Of a DNA stretch of 29,383 bases, positions 1 through 11,617 are shown piece after piece. The notes under the pieces were generated by a model. That model was not told the origin of the DNA. It searched no databases and saw nothing but the letters and a program-made list of their open reading frames with translations. The position numbers and the translations under genes are program-made. The stretch comes from Paraglomus brasilianum (taxonomy: Eukaryota), in the NCBI GenBank assembly GCA_910592345.1, contig CAJVPI010000015.1, forward strand, positions 62,001 through 91,383. The letters run 5' to 3'. Numbering within the stretch: the stretch's first letter is position 1; each line of letters opens with the position of its first letter.

Positions 1-713
1 TCTCACCAAAGGTACTTGCTTTTGCATGATCCAACGCAAATTGGTTTGTCACCAAACGTTCTACAACTCGGTGTCAACATGACAACTCCTAATGGCGACG
101 TCGAGCAGACGAATTTTACAGTGTATCAAAGTTACAATTCGCACGACGTGTCTGACAATAGTTTTGCAAATTTCTGGACTTCCGTGTTATCCTCTTACAA
201 CTGGATGAATGGAAGATGGGATAATTTGGACTGGAATTACTATGCAGTTACAATCTTCACCGTCATTGCAAGCTTGCTTCTAGTTATTATTATGTTAAAC
301 ATCCTTATTGCCATCATGGGCGATATATACGCGACTGCCAAGGTATTCGGGAAACGAGAAATCTTGAGATTGCGCGCAAGATTCGTGCTAGATACAGAGT
401 AGGTGACATCGTTAGTGAAATCGGCTATTTGCATTACTTATCTTTATGAGCTGACATTCTATTCACAACATTCATCAGCTACGTCGGTAACAAGGCGTGG
501 AGTACATTATTCCCCTCGTATAAGCCATCGTCGCGCTTTGAAGATGTCGTAAAGAAAAACCCACGATATATGTATGTTCTTGGTAACCGTCGGCAATTCG
601 AACAGTGGGTTGAGGAAGGGGAGAAATTTCGAGAACTCACCAAACCGCAAGGGATTCAAGAAAAACTAACTGACCACAGTTGGTTTAAGTTGGAGGATAA
701 TGATAATGGATGA
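1..713 (+). CDS. 3' end of TRP-like / ion transport (6TM) cation channel; exons <1-398 and 479-713
   Basis: Pore-helix and S6-like sequence FWTSVLSSYNWMNGRWD...IIMLNILIAIMGDIY. Intron 399-478 (GTAGGT...GCTGAC branch...CATCAG) restores frame to DYVGNKAW...KNPRYMYVLG...EDNDNG*, with TGA at 711-713. The gene starts upstream of the window. Confidence 0.85.
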
Positions 714-995
714 CTCGAACGCTATATATGTGTATATAGCGTTGTCGATGTCTTGTCGAAAATAAAAAATAGATTTCTAGATACTCTTTTTATTCTACAC
801 TGACATCTGATGGTGATAGTTGTGGAAATTTGACCCCATAAACCAATAATATAATCGCGATAATTATAAACTGGACGAGGCTACTTTTTCCGATGAATTA
901 CATATACCAAAAGTAAAGCCAGAGAAAATACCCATTATAAAGTCAACGAAAGAGCAGTTACGAAACCGAAATTTTGATAAACTATGAGTGCAGGC

Positions 996-1639
996 TAGGG
1001 ATGTTAATCCAATCTGGCAGTCCCAATGCAAGATTGGACTGGACTAACAAAAAATTGGCTACTTAGGATTGAAATCCTATAGGATGGTTGTGAATCGTCC
1101 CATAGGATTGAGTCTTTATAGGATGGTTACGAATGATTGAGTCTTTATAGGATGGTTACGAATGATTGAGTCTTTATAGGATGGTTATGAATTGTCCCAT
1201 AGGATTGTCTTTATAGGATGGTTATAAATAGGATTGAAATCCTATCCTAATCCTTTAGACTGCTTTCGGTCCAAATTTGAACTTGAATTTTTGATTCACT
1301 GACAAAATCACTTCGGAAAACTATATAAGTGCAGCTATAAAGTCAGAACTGCAGCTATTATAGCAAAGTCACGTGATACTGCGTTGCACGAGTCATTGTA
1401 TAGAGCCTGTTTAGTCTGCCAATCCTTTTACCGATCATTATCCTATAAAACTACAATTCTATTGAGATGATTCACAACCATCCTATAAGACTGCAATCCT
1501 ATGAGACGATCCACAACCATCCTATAAGACTGCAATCCTATGGGACGATTCACAATCATCCTATAAGACTGCAATCCTTACAACCATCCTATAGGACTAC
1601 AATTCATGAGACGATTCACAACCATCCTATCCTATGGGG
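996..1639. mobile_element. Foldback/MITE-like non-autonomous element with two oppositely oriented subterminal tandem arrays (about 39-bp unit)
   Basis: Array ~1064-1248 (ataggatggttgtgaatcgtcccataggattg and variants) is the reverse complement of array ~1434-1639 (caatcctatgggacgattcacaa[c/t]catcctat). It begins with TAGGGATG at 996, resembling Ac/hAT termini. No matching right TIR seen. Confidence 0.65.
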
Positions 1640-1879
1640 TCGTTATTTAGTTCGTATTAAACAAATTATTGGGTAAAAGTATTGTCATATCGCAGGCAGT
1701 ATATTTGCAAATTAAAAAACGCGTCGAGATCAATAATCCTTCTAAACAGTTCTTGTTTGCGGTAACAGTAAGTAGAAATGTAATTTTCAATCTTTTTTTT
1801 CCGCGCTAATTCTTTTATTATTTGAGCGTGGGAATTAACTTATTTTGGTCGCAGACCATCCATATACTTTTAAGGCTTA

Positions 1880-3051
1880 TTAGTAAAGTGGCGTATCAAA
1901 AGTCATGTCTTGTTGTAGGACGTTTCTCCGCCTTGCATATGCTTGCAAAGCCTCGAAATCGTTACAACGAACTAACTTGACTTCTCTCAATTTTGTTAAT
2001 TTTTTTTGTTGCTTCTCCAACGGTTGCACAGCCTGCTCACTGATATTCCTGCAATCTTTGAACACCATTGTCTCCAGGTTTGAACATTGGGCAAGAGGGC
2101 ATAATGAGAGAACATTACTAAAATCGGTATGTTCGATCTCTATGCGTTCTAGTGTACAAGCAACACTGGATAACGCAGCAAGAAGTTTTGTGGGGTCGAC
2201 GCTAACGACGCTGCTCCATGTAAGAGAACGCAATTGTTTTTGAGCAGCTATTAGTCTCAAGGCTGCCTTTATCTCTTCTGTTTCGGGAGCTCCATCGAAA
2301 TTGAAATAATCGATCTCTAGTGTGGTCTAGGGCGAGAATGTGTAGACGATGTTAATTGATGCCGATAACGATAATCAATAAATACCCACTCCCGTTTATT
2401 TTTAACACACATACTTACAATTTTTGTACAAACATCAGCTAGCCGGTTTACAAAACTGGTGCTGTCAAATGCGGCTCTAATTACAAAAACTTGCAGATTT
2501 TCAATCCAATTACGGGAATGGAATATCACTTCGTAATTTCTCGCCCATAGTCGGTTAATGTGAAGCCCGGCTACCTCCAACTTAATCAAGCGGTTTTTGT
2601 TTTGCGTGCTAAAAAATTCAAGTAGGGTGCGTACGAGTTCTCTCTTTTTTTTTGGAGTGTTGCTGGCAGGCAGGTTTTCTCCGAGCCATCTATCGACGAA
2701 ACAGAACAGCATCTCCAGTAATATGGAATTTACGTATTGCCCATAGGGCGTCAGCAAAGGTCCTTTAGGAAGTAGTTCGTAAATTCCCAGGTTTTTCCTA
2801 GTCACCATCGGTAAGCATCTTAATAGAATCTCCAGGGTCGATAAGGTAAAGCCGTTCTCGAAAATGTTGCTCCACAAAATTCGCATGCTCACATGAAACC
2901 AATTTTTATTTACAAGAGCTGTATTTGTAAGGGCCTTCTTTCGAGGAACTCGGATGATAGCGTGTTCATTTTCACATAAATGATCATGAATGATAATGTG
3001 TAAGACTTCAGGAGGAAGCATGGCAGCTAGGCCTTGTCGGGAAGATGACAT
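1880..3051 (-). CDS. F-box-like / RNI-like leucine-rich-repeat protein, about 359 aa; exons 3051-2419 and 2326-1880
   Basis: N-terminal F-box-like motif LPPEVLHIII...LVNKNWFHVSMRILW; C-terminal LRR-like units (LERIEIEHTDF, CSNLETMVFKDCRNIS, LREVKLVRC). Intron 2418-2327 (GTAAGT...CCCTAG) joins ORFs 2317..3051 and 1880..2260 in frame. Confidence 0.85.
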
Positions 3052-3104
3052 TTGGATATATGTGGAGATGGTGATGAGGGGGGGGGGGGGAAATGTATAG
3101 GCCT

Positions 3105-3304
3105 TTGCGCAAACAGAGGCAGGGGATATCTAATTTCGTGGTATGGACAGATGTTTTTCCAGTTTGATATTAATGCTTATAAATGCCAAGTGAAGATGAG
3201 ATCTTTTGATTGCGCAAACAGAGGCGGGGGATATTAATTTCGTGGTATGGGGACAGAGGTTTCCAGTTGATATAAATGCCAAGTGAAGATGAGATCTTTG
3301 ATTG
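3105..3304. repeat. Imperfect tandem duplication (about 105 and 95 bp) directly upstream of the F-box gene
   Basis: ttgcgcaaacagaggc...atttcgtggtatgg...ataaatgccaagtgaagatgagatcttt occurs at 3105-3209 and again at 3210-3304. Confidence 0.9.
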
Positions 3305-3979
3305 ATAACTTTCCCTGAATTGAGTTTGACTCCATGTGATTGTGGGCTGTGTGCATTCAACGAGATTATGGTAAAGATTGCTTTAGAATTGGACGCATTC
3401 AATGTAATTAAATATGAATATAGGGCCTAATTGATGCAAGTTCAAGAAATGGTAATAGTAACGAAACCCTTGTTAAAAAATAGTCGGCAACGAAACCATG
3501 GCATTAAAAACGAATTACTGGGTTTTTTTTCTGTCAGTTTTGGTTTAGCTTTCATAATTTGTCCAAAGCAACGATAATAACAGCCCTGATTATTGAGATT
3601 CGTGGGAACTAACAGAACTTTAAAAATTCAAATCACATGTGTGCCTATTAAAGATAACGACAAGCCAATGAACTAGGGTACCATGTAGTCCTAATTAGGT
3701 AACCTTGGGGTAATTATACTGAGAATTATACTAATACGGATAAATAACGTTACTTATAAATCGTTTAGGTATTACAAACATCCAAAATCATTTCAGATTA
3801 GGGGTTGGTGCAGGGTTTCAAGTTTACTATTATTGGCAAAGTTTACCCATGACGTGAGGTTTTTCCAGTAAAACATATGAAAATCAATCCATTGGCTGTT
3901 ATCCATCCACCTACGAAGTGTAGGCGATGTATCTCCCGGGCATCTCGGACATTTCTATTTGTTAGCAAGCTTGAAAGTT

Positions 3980-4530
3980 AACAATTTCTGCATACCTCTG
4001 GATGCAGTGTCACAAAAATGGCAGACATATCGGTAAGTCGGCGAATCTAGATGGCTCGTTAATTTGATTCAGCCATCAATTCTGCTGCACAATTTTTAAT
4101 TGCATTCTTCCACCGAAACACTGCTTATTATTACGTTATTCGTTTTGAAGTATTTGTTATTTCTGCTGTGTGCAGTACGAAATAATTATTCTAACTAAAT
4201 TTATCCATCCATTTCTTTTTTAGCTCCATTATTGAATTGAGGCCTTCCATGAATAAATCCACCATTATAGCCGAATGTACTTTACGCAATAACATAGACG
4301 ATAACACAGTTTATCAAGGTTGGCAAAGGACTAACGTGATATTTGCAGAGCGCGAAGCAGACAATAGCAAGTTGTATTGATTGATGGCAACGAAATGTTG
4401 ATGCTGTTAAGAGACAACTGAGATTGTCACAACCGGTTTACATTTCAAGAATCGAGAAATATATAACGTCAAAGTTGGATAGATTCTCTTAAGACAAGTT
4501 AGGCTACAGAGTTATTTTCGTCTAGCATGT
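3980..4530 (+). pseudogene. Highly decayed pogo/Tigger (DDE_1, CENP-B-like) transposase remnant
   Basis: Frameshifted LQPLDA-like motif at ~3988-4010; gttggcaaaggact (WQRT) at ~4319-4332; gattctcttaagacaagttaggctacagagttatttt (DSL-RQVRLQSYF) at ~4482-4518. The latter two resemble the transposase C-terminus at 11070-11500. Confidence 0.55.
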
Positions 4531-5123
4531 CACTAATTTGTTTTCTTTTTTTGACAAAATTCTCGCTGTCCTTATAATTCATTTTTCAGGTTTGGTTGCA
4601 AATACTTAAAAATAATTATTATAAGCATAATATATCTTTTCTTTCTTATTTTTGTAAAGCAACAGAATTATCAACAAATTAATTTTTATGGAATCAGCAA
4701 TAATTCAAAACTTGCGGTATTTGATGCTTCACTACGCCAATTACGACTTTCGCCGAGTTGCTTATAAATGCATGCACTCCTGACTTTTATGTTACATGAA
4801 GAATTTAAGTTAAACTTGTGCAACATGTAAAACAAAGACTTGGGTTGCACTACTTTTCTGGCTATCTTTTTTCTTAATTGTCGTTTTGATGGCCAGTTTG
4901 CTACGTTCGAACAACGCCGCGCGCCTATTTAACACAAATTTCATTGTGAATATGGATATTTACCGAAAAAGGTTTCTAAAAAGACTATACTGTAATCTAC
5001 GATAACACGAAATTTGACTAAAATAGGTTATCTCAGACCTACATACCTTTTGGCGGCAGTTAGATGTGTATTAATTAGTATACGGTTTGGAACGGTTTTT
5101 AGCGGTATCGTTTTTGTAATACG

Positions 5124-5764
5124 CAGTCAGTAGCCCGCCTCAAACACCTGTTTCAACCCCCAAAACTCGAATCTCGACCGGCATTTAAAAATCTATCCAC
5201 CCTCCAAATCGATCGATGATTATATTAATTTCGTCTGGTGCGCTAGTGGTGCGCCGTTGACCCCTTATTATAGCACCACTGGTACACCAGGCGAAATTAA
5301 TCACCAGGTGCCTCACTTATAAAAATCACGTGATCTAAGATATACGTTTAATTAAATCGTTAATTAATATTAATAAATTAATACAATTACATCGCAGATA
5401 ATCTTGCAGACTGGCTTGTCTTGGAGAATTGACTTTGTTTTCTTCTTATCTGCCGTTGTAAATCTACAACACAGAACTGCTTACACTCACATTATGTTTA
5501 TGTCGCAAGCTTTTGTTAACGATGTCAACGAAGACAGAGGGATATAAATGACCTTTATTTATATAGAAAATCCACAAATTTATAACGTCTACATCTTAAT
5601 CGTATGATCTAATGACATGTCTTACAAATTGTCACGTAAAACCGACTTATCCGAGACACATCCAACTAAGATAGTAATAGCTGCCGATTTAACGACTTAT
5701 CGAGAATTTTTAAATGGTGAAAAAAAGAGCCGAAAAATTTTGGCCGACTTATCGAGACTAATTC
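5124..5764 (-). mobile_element. Internally deleted pogo/Tigger-family element, inverted copy of the element at 10544-11617
   Basis: 5124-5145 matches the right end of the other copy. ~5316-5495 is the reverse complement of its transposase 3' end and UTR. ~5520-5760 is the reverse complement of its left part, including several cgacttatcgaga sites. Confidence 0.85.
5224..5301. repeat. 29-bp-arm inverted repeat (hairpin) inside an insertion in the pogo copy
   Basis: attaatttcgtctggtgcgctagtggtgc ... gcaccactggtacaccaggcgaaattaat: 25 Watson-Crick pairs, 3 G-T pairs and 1 C-A mismatch. Confidence 0.85.
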
Positions 5765-5863
5765 ATCAAACTTTTTCGTAATTTGGCGGCAGAATTTAAT
5801 CAAGCGTCGTTAAAATTATTACATATACGGTCAAATGCCGAATTAAAGTTGGTTTTTACAATA

Positions 5864-6057
5864 CAGTCGACCCTCGCTATAGTCACGCTGTCGGGAACGA
5901 TGCAACTTTGGTTGAAAACGTGCTTACCAAGAGGTTGTGACTGTATAGAAGTTTTCTTTATAAGTTCAACAGTAATTGGTTCTCAAACATGGTGTGCTTA
6001 TAAAGAAGTTTTATATGATGTGCTTATAGAGTGGTTGACTATAAAGAGGGTTGACTG
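5864..6057. mobile_element. 194-bp MITE of the Tc1/mariner-pogo type
   Basis: TIRs cagtcgaccctcgctatagtca and tgactataaagagggttgactg (19/22 match), flanked by TA on both sides (5862-5863, 6058-6059). No credible coding capacity. Confidence 0.85.
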
Positions 6058-7696
6058 TACTTAATTTATTACTATACAATTGATCATTACACTGTCCGTA
6101 CCGAATTATCGAAGTATCGGAACGAATAAAAGAAAGAATCTGATATGAAAAAAAGAATCCGGCATCAAACGTCCGGATTATCGAGGGACGAATTAAAGGC
6201 AGTAAATGAAATGTTAATTCGCATACCTTCAAAAACTTCATCTCGAGCTCAGCAGCCCGGTGGCAGCTTCATACATCACGTTGTCAAATTTTATCTCTAG
6301 CTAGGAAAATAAATGTAAAGTGAGCCAAAAGACTCAGTACGGCAGAAAGACCCCAACGCATGATAAAGTACATGATCAAGCTCGCTATGGTCTTTAGGCG
6401 TCTGACTTCAAGTCATTTATAGGAGAACGCAATCGTCTGCACGACCCCACAAGTCGAAACCTGCAATAGTAGCCGCCTTCACCATATGTAAAATTAATGC
6501 AAGTACTGGTAGCAACATCTTGTATGTTTGGCTTCTACTGTCATAGTACGCTCCAGGTCTGCTCTGTATCATAGGTGCTCCTTATCCTTCGTGAGAAGTG
6601 TTTGCGAAAAGACTTTTTACTATACTCTAGAAAGCTTATACGAGAGGGCGAAATAAATTTGGCCCCAAAATCAATTATTGTTTATAAATATATTCAAATG
6701 TTAGATTTCAAAGGATAATTTTACCTGGGTCTATGAAAGCCTTCGTATATGATTTTTTGAGTTTTATGTAAAAATACCCATAAAAAGAATTAAGATATTG
6801 GTGGCGCGCACAAAAGTATCATACGTTTATATTATTATGGCTGTCGTGTAACCCATGGTAATAGTAATAGCTAAAAGTAGATTCGATCATTGGGTCTGTT
6901 TGAACAGACTCATCTAAAACTCTTTATTAAAATAATAATAGATATAGCAGATATTATTCGTTCGCCATAGTGTTAACCCAAAATTCGCGAAACCAAGATT
7001 CTCGCGGTACGAGTTGTTAGAAGTAGGATGATATTCTTGATAAGACCCTTGTCTAAGGTTCATTATTGTTTTAGAAACCTTATTACTAATTTCTATTTAT
7101 TCGAGCTGGTTTTTTGCTATAATTGTAATTAGAGTTAATGTATTATCGGTCATGTCACGATCGACAATAATTACACATAATTTGCCGTAAAGCGTTTTCA
7201 TTAATTATCACACATGCTATTCCAGATCCATTGGACACTCAACGTTATCTAATTTCAAACTGACATAGTCTCGAGTTCTAAGAGTGGGAATCAATAATAC
7301 ACAAAATTGATTCCAATCTAAAGAATGAGCATACACCGTATTCTTCCGACCTCTATCAGGAGACTGGTGTGAAGAGCAAAAACTCTTGTAACACGAGTTC
7401 CTTTGTTCGGATGGAAACTATTCCATTGAGCGAAGCTATAGAGAAGCTATAGCGGATGGGAGAGAATCAACATCTGCAATCGCTGTTCGCATCGAACGTT
7501 CATGTATGCAGCCCATAGTATCTTTAATAGCTGGTTCGACTTGTTATATAATAAATATGAATATTATGATACACGGGTTATTATTATAGTAGTCCCATTA
7601 TACTCGCTTGCTGATTCACGCTTTTGTACTCTAATATTCCTCTATCCGTCAATGTATTTCTAATATTGCTTTGACTTGATGCCGTAGTGTTCTCAA

Positions 7697-8537
7697 TCAA
7701 TATACACCACCATATACTCTCCCAACACCTTTGCACGATGGACATAATTGCGTTCCCAATAGCGGTATTTTTACATTACCGGGACCTATAACACAGAATG
7801 TATAGACAATCGTTAGAATATAGACTCGGCAATTGTAGATTCCTAGCTTGGGTTGATGCATGGAATGTCTCTAAATGTAAATGCCAACTAGAACAATACA
7901 TCGGTTTGATATGACGTGTTCATTGTCAATGAAACTTATTATCTGAATCATTCGGTCCTTCCTTCCTTCCTTCCCTCTTTCATTCCCTTCCTTATTCATA
8001 TATAGACATACCTCTACACACTGGACATAATCTTCCTCCAAGTTGAGGATTGCCGGGCTGAGAATACTGAACATATCCTCTGCCTGCCCCTGCTCCGGGA
8101 GCTGCTTGAGCGATTGCTGGTCTGGAATAACCTTGTGCATGGTACTGACCCGCTGCTGTAGGAGTACTAAATCTAGACCAGCAATCCCTACATGCTTTCC
8201 CAGGTTTTTTAAATCCAGTGTTCCGGCACTTGTAACAATAATGTCCATGGGGATATGTTAGTGTATGAGTATTTGAAAATCCCGAGGACGAGACGACTGT
8301 ATATGTTGATTGTGCGGGTTGGCTATAATACATAGGTTGCGGGGGCCTCATTCCTTGTGGATGCTGAGGTCGATATGTAGGTTGCATTTGGCCTCCTGCC
8401 CATGGCCGAGAAGGGCCAAACGCAACAGATTGTTCTCCTGCATTAGGACTTGGCGTATACGGAGGAGGAGACTCTTCTGTCAATATGTCTTGTATTGCCA
8501 TGTTATTTAATGGACGTGTGTTCGAGGTTTCTGGCAT
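7697..8537 (-). CDS. HUA1: Hua1-like proline-rich protein with J-protein-type CxxC zinc-finger motifs, about 204 aa; exons 8537-8012 and 7785-7697
   Basis: PPPY motif, P/Q-rich linker, YPHGHYCYKCRNTGFKKPGKACRDCW and PGNPQLGGRLCPVCRG. Intron 8011-7786 (GTATGT...TTATAG) adds PGNVKIPLLGTQLCPSCKGVGRVYGGVY*. Architecture matches fungal Hua1 as I recall it. Start at ATG 8537 is a choice; the ORF is open to 8615. Confidence 0.8.
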
Positions 8538-9129
8538 TGTTAATAGAATGGTTGTGGGTAAAAGTAGCAATGAATTACCGATTATTATCATTTTATTACC
8601 ACTGGCACGTGACAATAGAGTTTCTCATAAAGGGATAATAATAAGGATAGGCAAAGTAACACTACAGAAGCGTATAACTAAAAATGCAATAAGCGAATAT
8701 CAATATCATATTTAGCTACAACTAAAATATCTAAATATTATATGTGATTTTCAAAGTTTCCAGCATAAGCTGCTTTGCTTTCTTTCATTCCGGAGATTAC
8801 TGATCCATTTAAATAGTTGAATATGCAGAGATTATTTCTTCTTTATCAATCATATCAACCACTTCTATCCTAGTGTGTAATTGCTTACCATAATATCGTC
8901 AACGTTCATTTGATGCATAAGTGACTGGACTGCATTTCTTCAGTTTATAATTTATTTCTAATTCGCATTGTCCTTATTATATTCGATTGCATTCAAAATA
9001 TTTAATTTGAGAATCTCCCATGTCGAAGATGAGAAGTTGTATTTGGTGGGAAAAAAAATACAACCTAGTGTTACTTACCTTCACCAATTGATTTCATGAA
9101 ACGTTATTTATTAATAATAAGTTTTTTTC

Positions 9130-9850
9130 GCCTTTTTCGTTAAATTGTTTGATCCATGCTTTGGAAACAGAACGTTGCATTGTTACAGTAGAAAGTGTTC
9201 GTTTATCAATATGATAAATACAGCGTAAATTTTATATTGTAATTTGGGTGTTTCAGTCGAGTCGCGTTACATGTGTCTTTTGGTTTTTTTACATCTAGTA
9301 ACCGCTGGCAAGAGATTTATGGGAGTCCAACTTCCAGTCTTGTCTGCATTATATACGTCTTCTAAATCATACTGCGAAATTGCAGATTGGAGCTCAGTTC
9401 TGATTCATTATCGGTGCACTTGCTGTTTTTCCCAATTATAATATTCTTTTAATATGGTTTTGTTTTCTGAAGTTTGCCATCCAGCTCCATTTTAAATGTT
9501 TAATGATAGTTACGTATAGCTAGCCAAATTAATTTTCTGACTGGCTATATAACTACGCATTACTTTAAAAACAATGCGAAAAAAAAATTAATACTTTCTT
9601 GCAATTTGATATCATAATTAGAAATATTTAACTTTCTAGCGAATTGTACTATTAACCTCGTTTGCACATTGACATTGCTGTGGCCCCCAGATTGCGTTTT
9701 TTATTGACACCCGTTGAACTGCAAGCTATTTCTCTCTTCCTTTAATAGTATCTCCCGCCGTTTTACATTTCTTACCAACGTTTTAGTTGGATTGTTCGGT
9801 TTGTATTTTAAAAAACATTTTGATATTGGTAAGGATAATTAATTTCTTTT
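9130..9850 (-). pseudogene. Decayed pogo/Tigger transposase (CENP-B HTH to start of DDE domain)
   Basis: Minus strand reads SWMANFRKQNHIKRIL*LGKTASAP (cf. GWLxxFKxRH...HGEAAS) at ~9412-9488, ISQYDLEDVYNADKTG (cf. YNxDETG) at ~9333-9380 and KAWI at ~9150-9162, with stops and frameshifts. Boundaries approximate. Confidence 0.7.
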
Positions 9851-10543
9851 CTTGCTTCCAAGTCTAGATGTTCATTTTACAAATGTTTGAACATGAATAA
9901 ATTATACATTTATTGATGGTGCTTTTCTAAATCACTAATGATGTAAAAGTTCCATGGTTTATAATGACTGGTATAATCAGTAGCATATAAACATAATGCG
10001 TTTAGCCACGAGAATTTTCTTTCTACAATATCAATGTAGTACAATATTGTCTACGATTATAACGAAAACGATAAAATGATTTATTGGATAATCGATTTAC
10101 TACAACGGAAAAGATTATTCAGTGTCACTTTAATGTTTCACAAGTTAGTTTCGTTAACTTGAAAGTTCGTTTAAAATCCGTTTCGGAGAAAGTTTCGTTA
10201 AAGTGAATTTCACTGTGTATCGCAAAATCACGTGGTGACTTATCGTGGATGTCCGATAATGACTAAAAAATCCCATATAATTTTTGGGGAGTTGAAAGGT
10301 TTTAAAGTCATACCATTTTATTGTTGAGTTATGACTTCCGGCACCATTAATAATAAGGTCTTATCAGCTATTATTATATTCCATTAAACTCTCATGTTCC
10401 AAGCTGGTTAAGGCCATCTTGGGGGCTAGGACCAATCTAGAGAACTATTTCAGAACCGGAACTAACTAATCCAAACTTACTTCCAAGAAATTAATTGCTT
10501 CTTCACTAATTGTTACATACATATGTTTTTTTTACTATATATA

Positions 10544-11617
10544 CAGTCTCGATAAGTCCGGTTTTGGCTTAAGTCGGCCAAAATTTTTCGGCTGTTTCTT
10601 TCACTATTTAAAAATTCTCGATAAGTCGGCCAATCTATGTAAATTCTCGATAAGTTGTTAGTCGGCAGCTGTCTTAATCGCGAGGGACTTTTATTCGGCT
10701 CCAGCTGTCTTAGTATTAGTTGGATGTGTCTCGATAGTCGGTCTCACGTGACAATTTGTAAAACGTAGTACAGTTTCTTCAATTTAATTGGTGAACCACA
10801 CCCCGAACGATATTAATTGTCCAATAGAATTACTTATACATTGGCTACACAAATATACTATAATAATAAAATCACGATGCCATTAGAATCATAGCTAAAC
10901 AGTATTAGATCATACGATTAAAGTCATACGATTAAAGCACTAGACATGTCATTAGAATCATACGATCAAAACATTAAGATGTAGACATTATAAATTTGTG
11001 TACTAAGAATTATAGGTAATTGATATCCCTCTTCTTCGTTGACATCGTAACTGATGATGTAATTATCGATGTTGGCAAAGGACTGGCATTATCCCTGAAG
11101 AACATCAAACGGAAGATATGACGATTGAAATCGAAGAAAACAATGAAACAGTTGTACAATCACTTCTCAATCAGATATGGACATGACAGATATAATGGCG
11201 AACGATTATATTGATATTGATTCAAGTTTGGAAGCAACGCAAGCAATTGATGACAACGAAATTATCGCTGCAGTTCAGGACACAATTGAAAATGAAGAAG
11301 AAGCGGAAGAAGATAAATGTCCATCTGTTTCACATAAGATAGCTTTAGAAAGCATCCAAAATTTACTGAACTATTTACAGCAATCGAATAACGTGAGTGT
11401 AAGCAGTTCTGTGTTGTCAGGAATAAAAGATTTACAACGCCAGATTAGAAGAAAACAAGTCGATTCTCTAAGACAAGCTAGTTTGCAAGATTATTTTGCG
11501 ATGTAATTATATAAATATATTAATTAATAATAAACAGTCTAATTTTCAATCACATGATTTTCGATAAGTCGGCCATTTGAGGCGGGCTACTGTTGGCCGA
11601 CTTATCGAGACTGACTG
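10544..11617 (+). mobile_element. Non-autonomous pogo/Tigger-family DNA transposon (about 1.07 kb)
   Basis: Termini (TA)cagtctcgataagtc... and ...ggccgacttatcgagactgactg; repeated subterminal ctcgataagtcggcc sites; retains the transposase 3' end. Confidence 0.88.
11045..11506 (+). pseudogene. C-terminal fragment of a pogo/Tigger transposase ending in a PCNA-interacting (PIP-box) motif
   Basis: RCWQRTGIIPEE (cf. NCWxKTGILP) at ~11067-11103, a frameshift, then YIDID...DDNEII...ALESIQNLLNYLQQ...RQASLQDYFAM*. HTH and DDE core are missing. Confidence 0.8.

Noticed and set aside
1467..1676. 69-aa ORF with TIHNHPIRLQSY repeats; array superficially CRISPR-like
   Set aside because: It is a translation of the 39-bp tandem unit. 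There are no unique spacers and no cas genes, and the context is eukaryotic.
1905..2243. 112-aa plus-strand ORF
   Set aside because: Antisense shadow of F-box exon 2.
3052..3402. ORFs 3052..3237 and 3130..3402
   Set aside because: They arise from the tandem duplication and G tract, have non-ATG starts and show no protein features.
5783..6241. ORFs 5783..6064 and 6011..6241
   Set aside because: They run across the MITE and flanking repeat debris.
6250..7540. Slightly GC-richer patches at ~6250-6640 and ~7320-7540
   Set aside because: No sustained frame or recognisable motif found on inspection.
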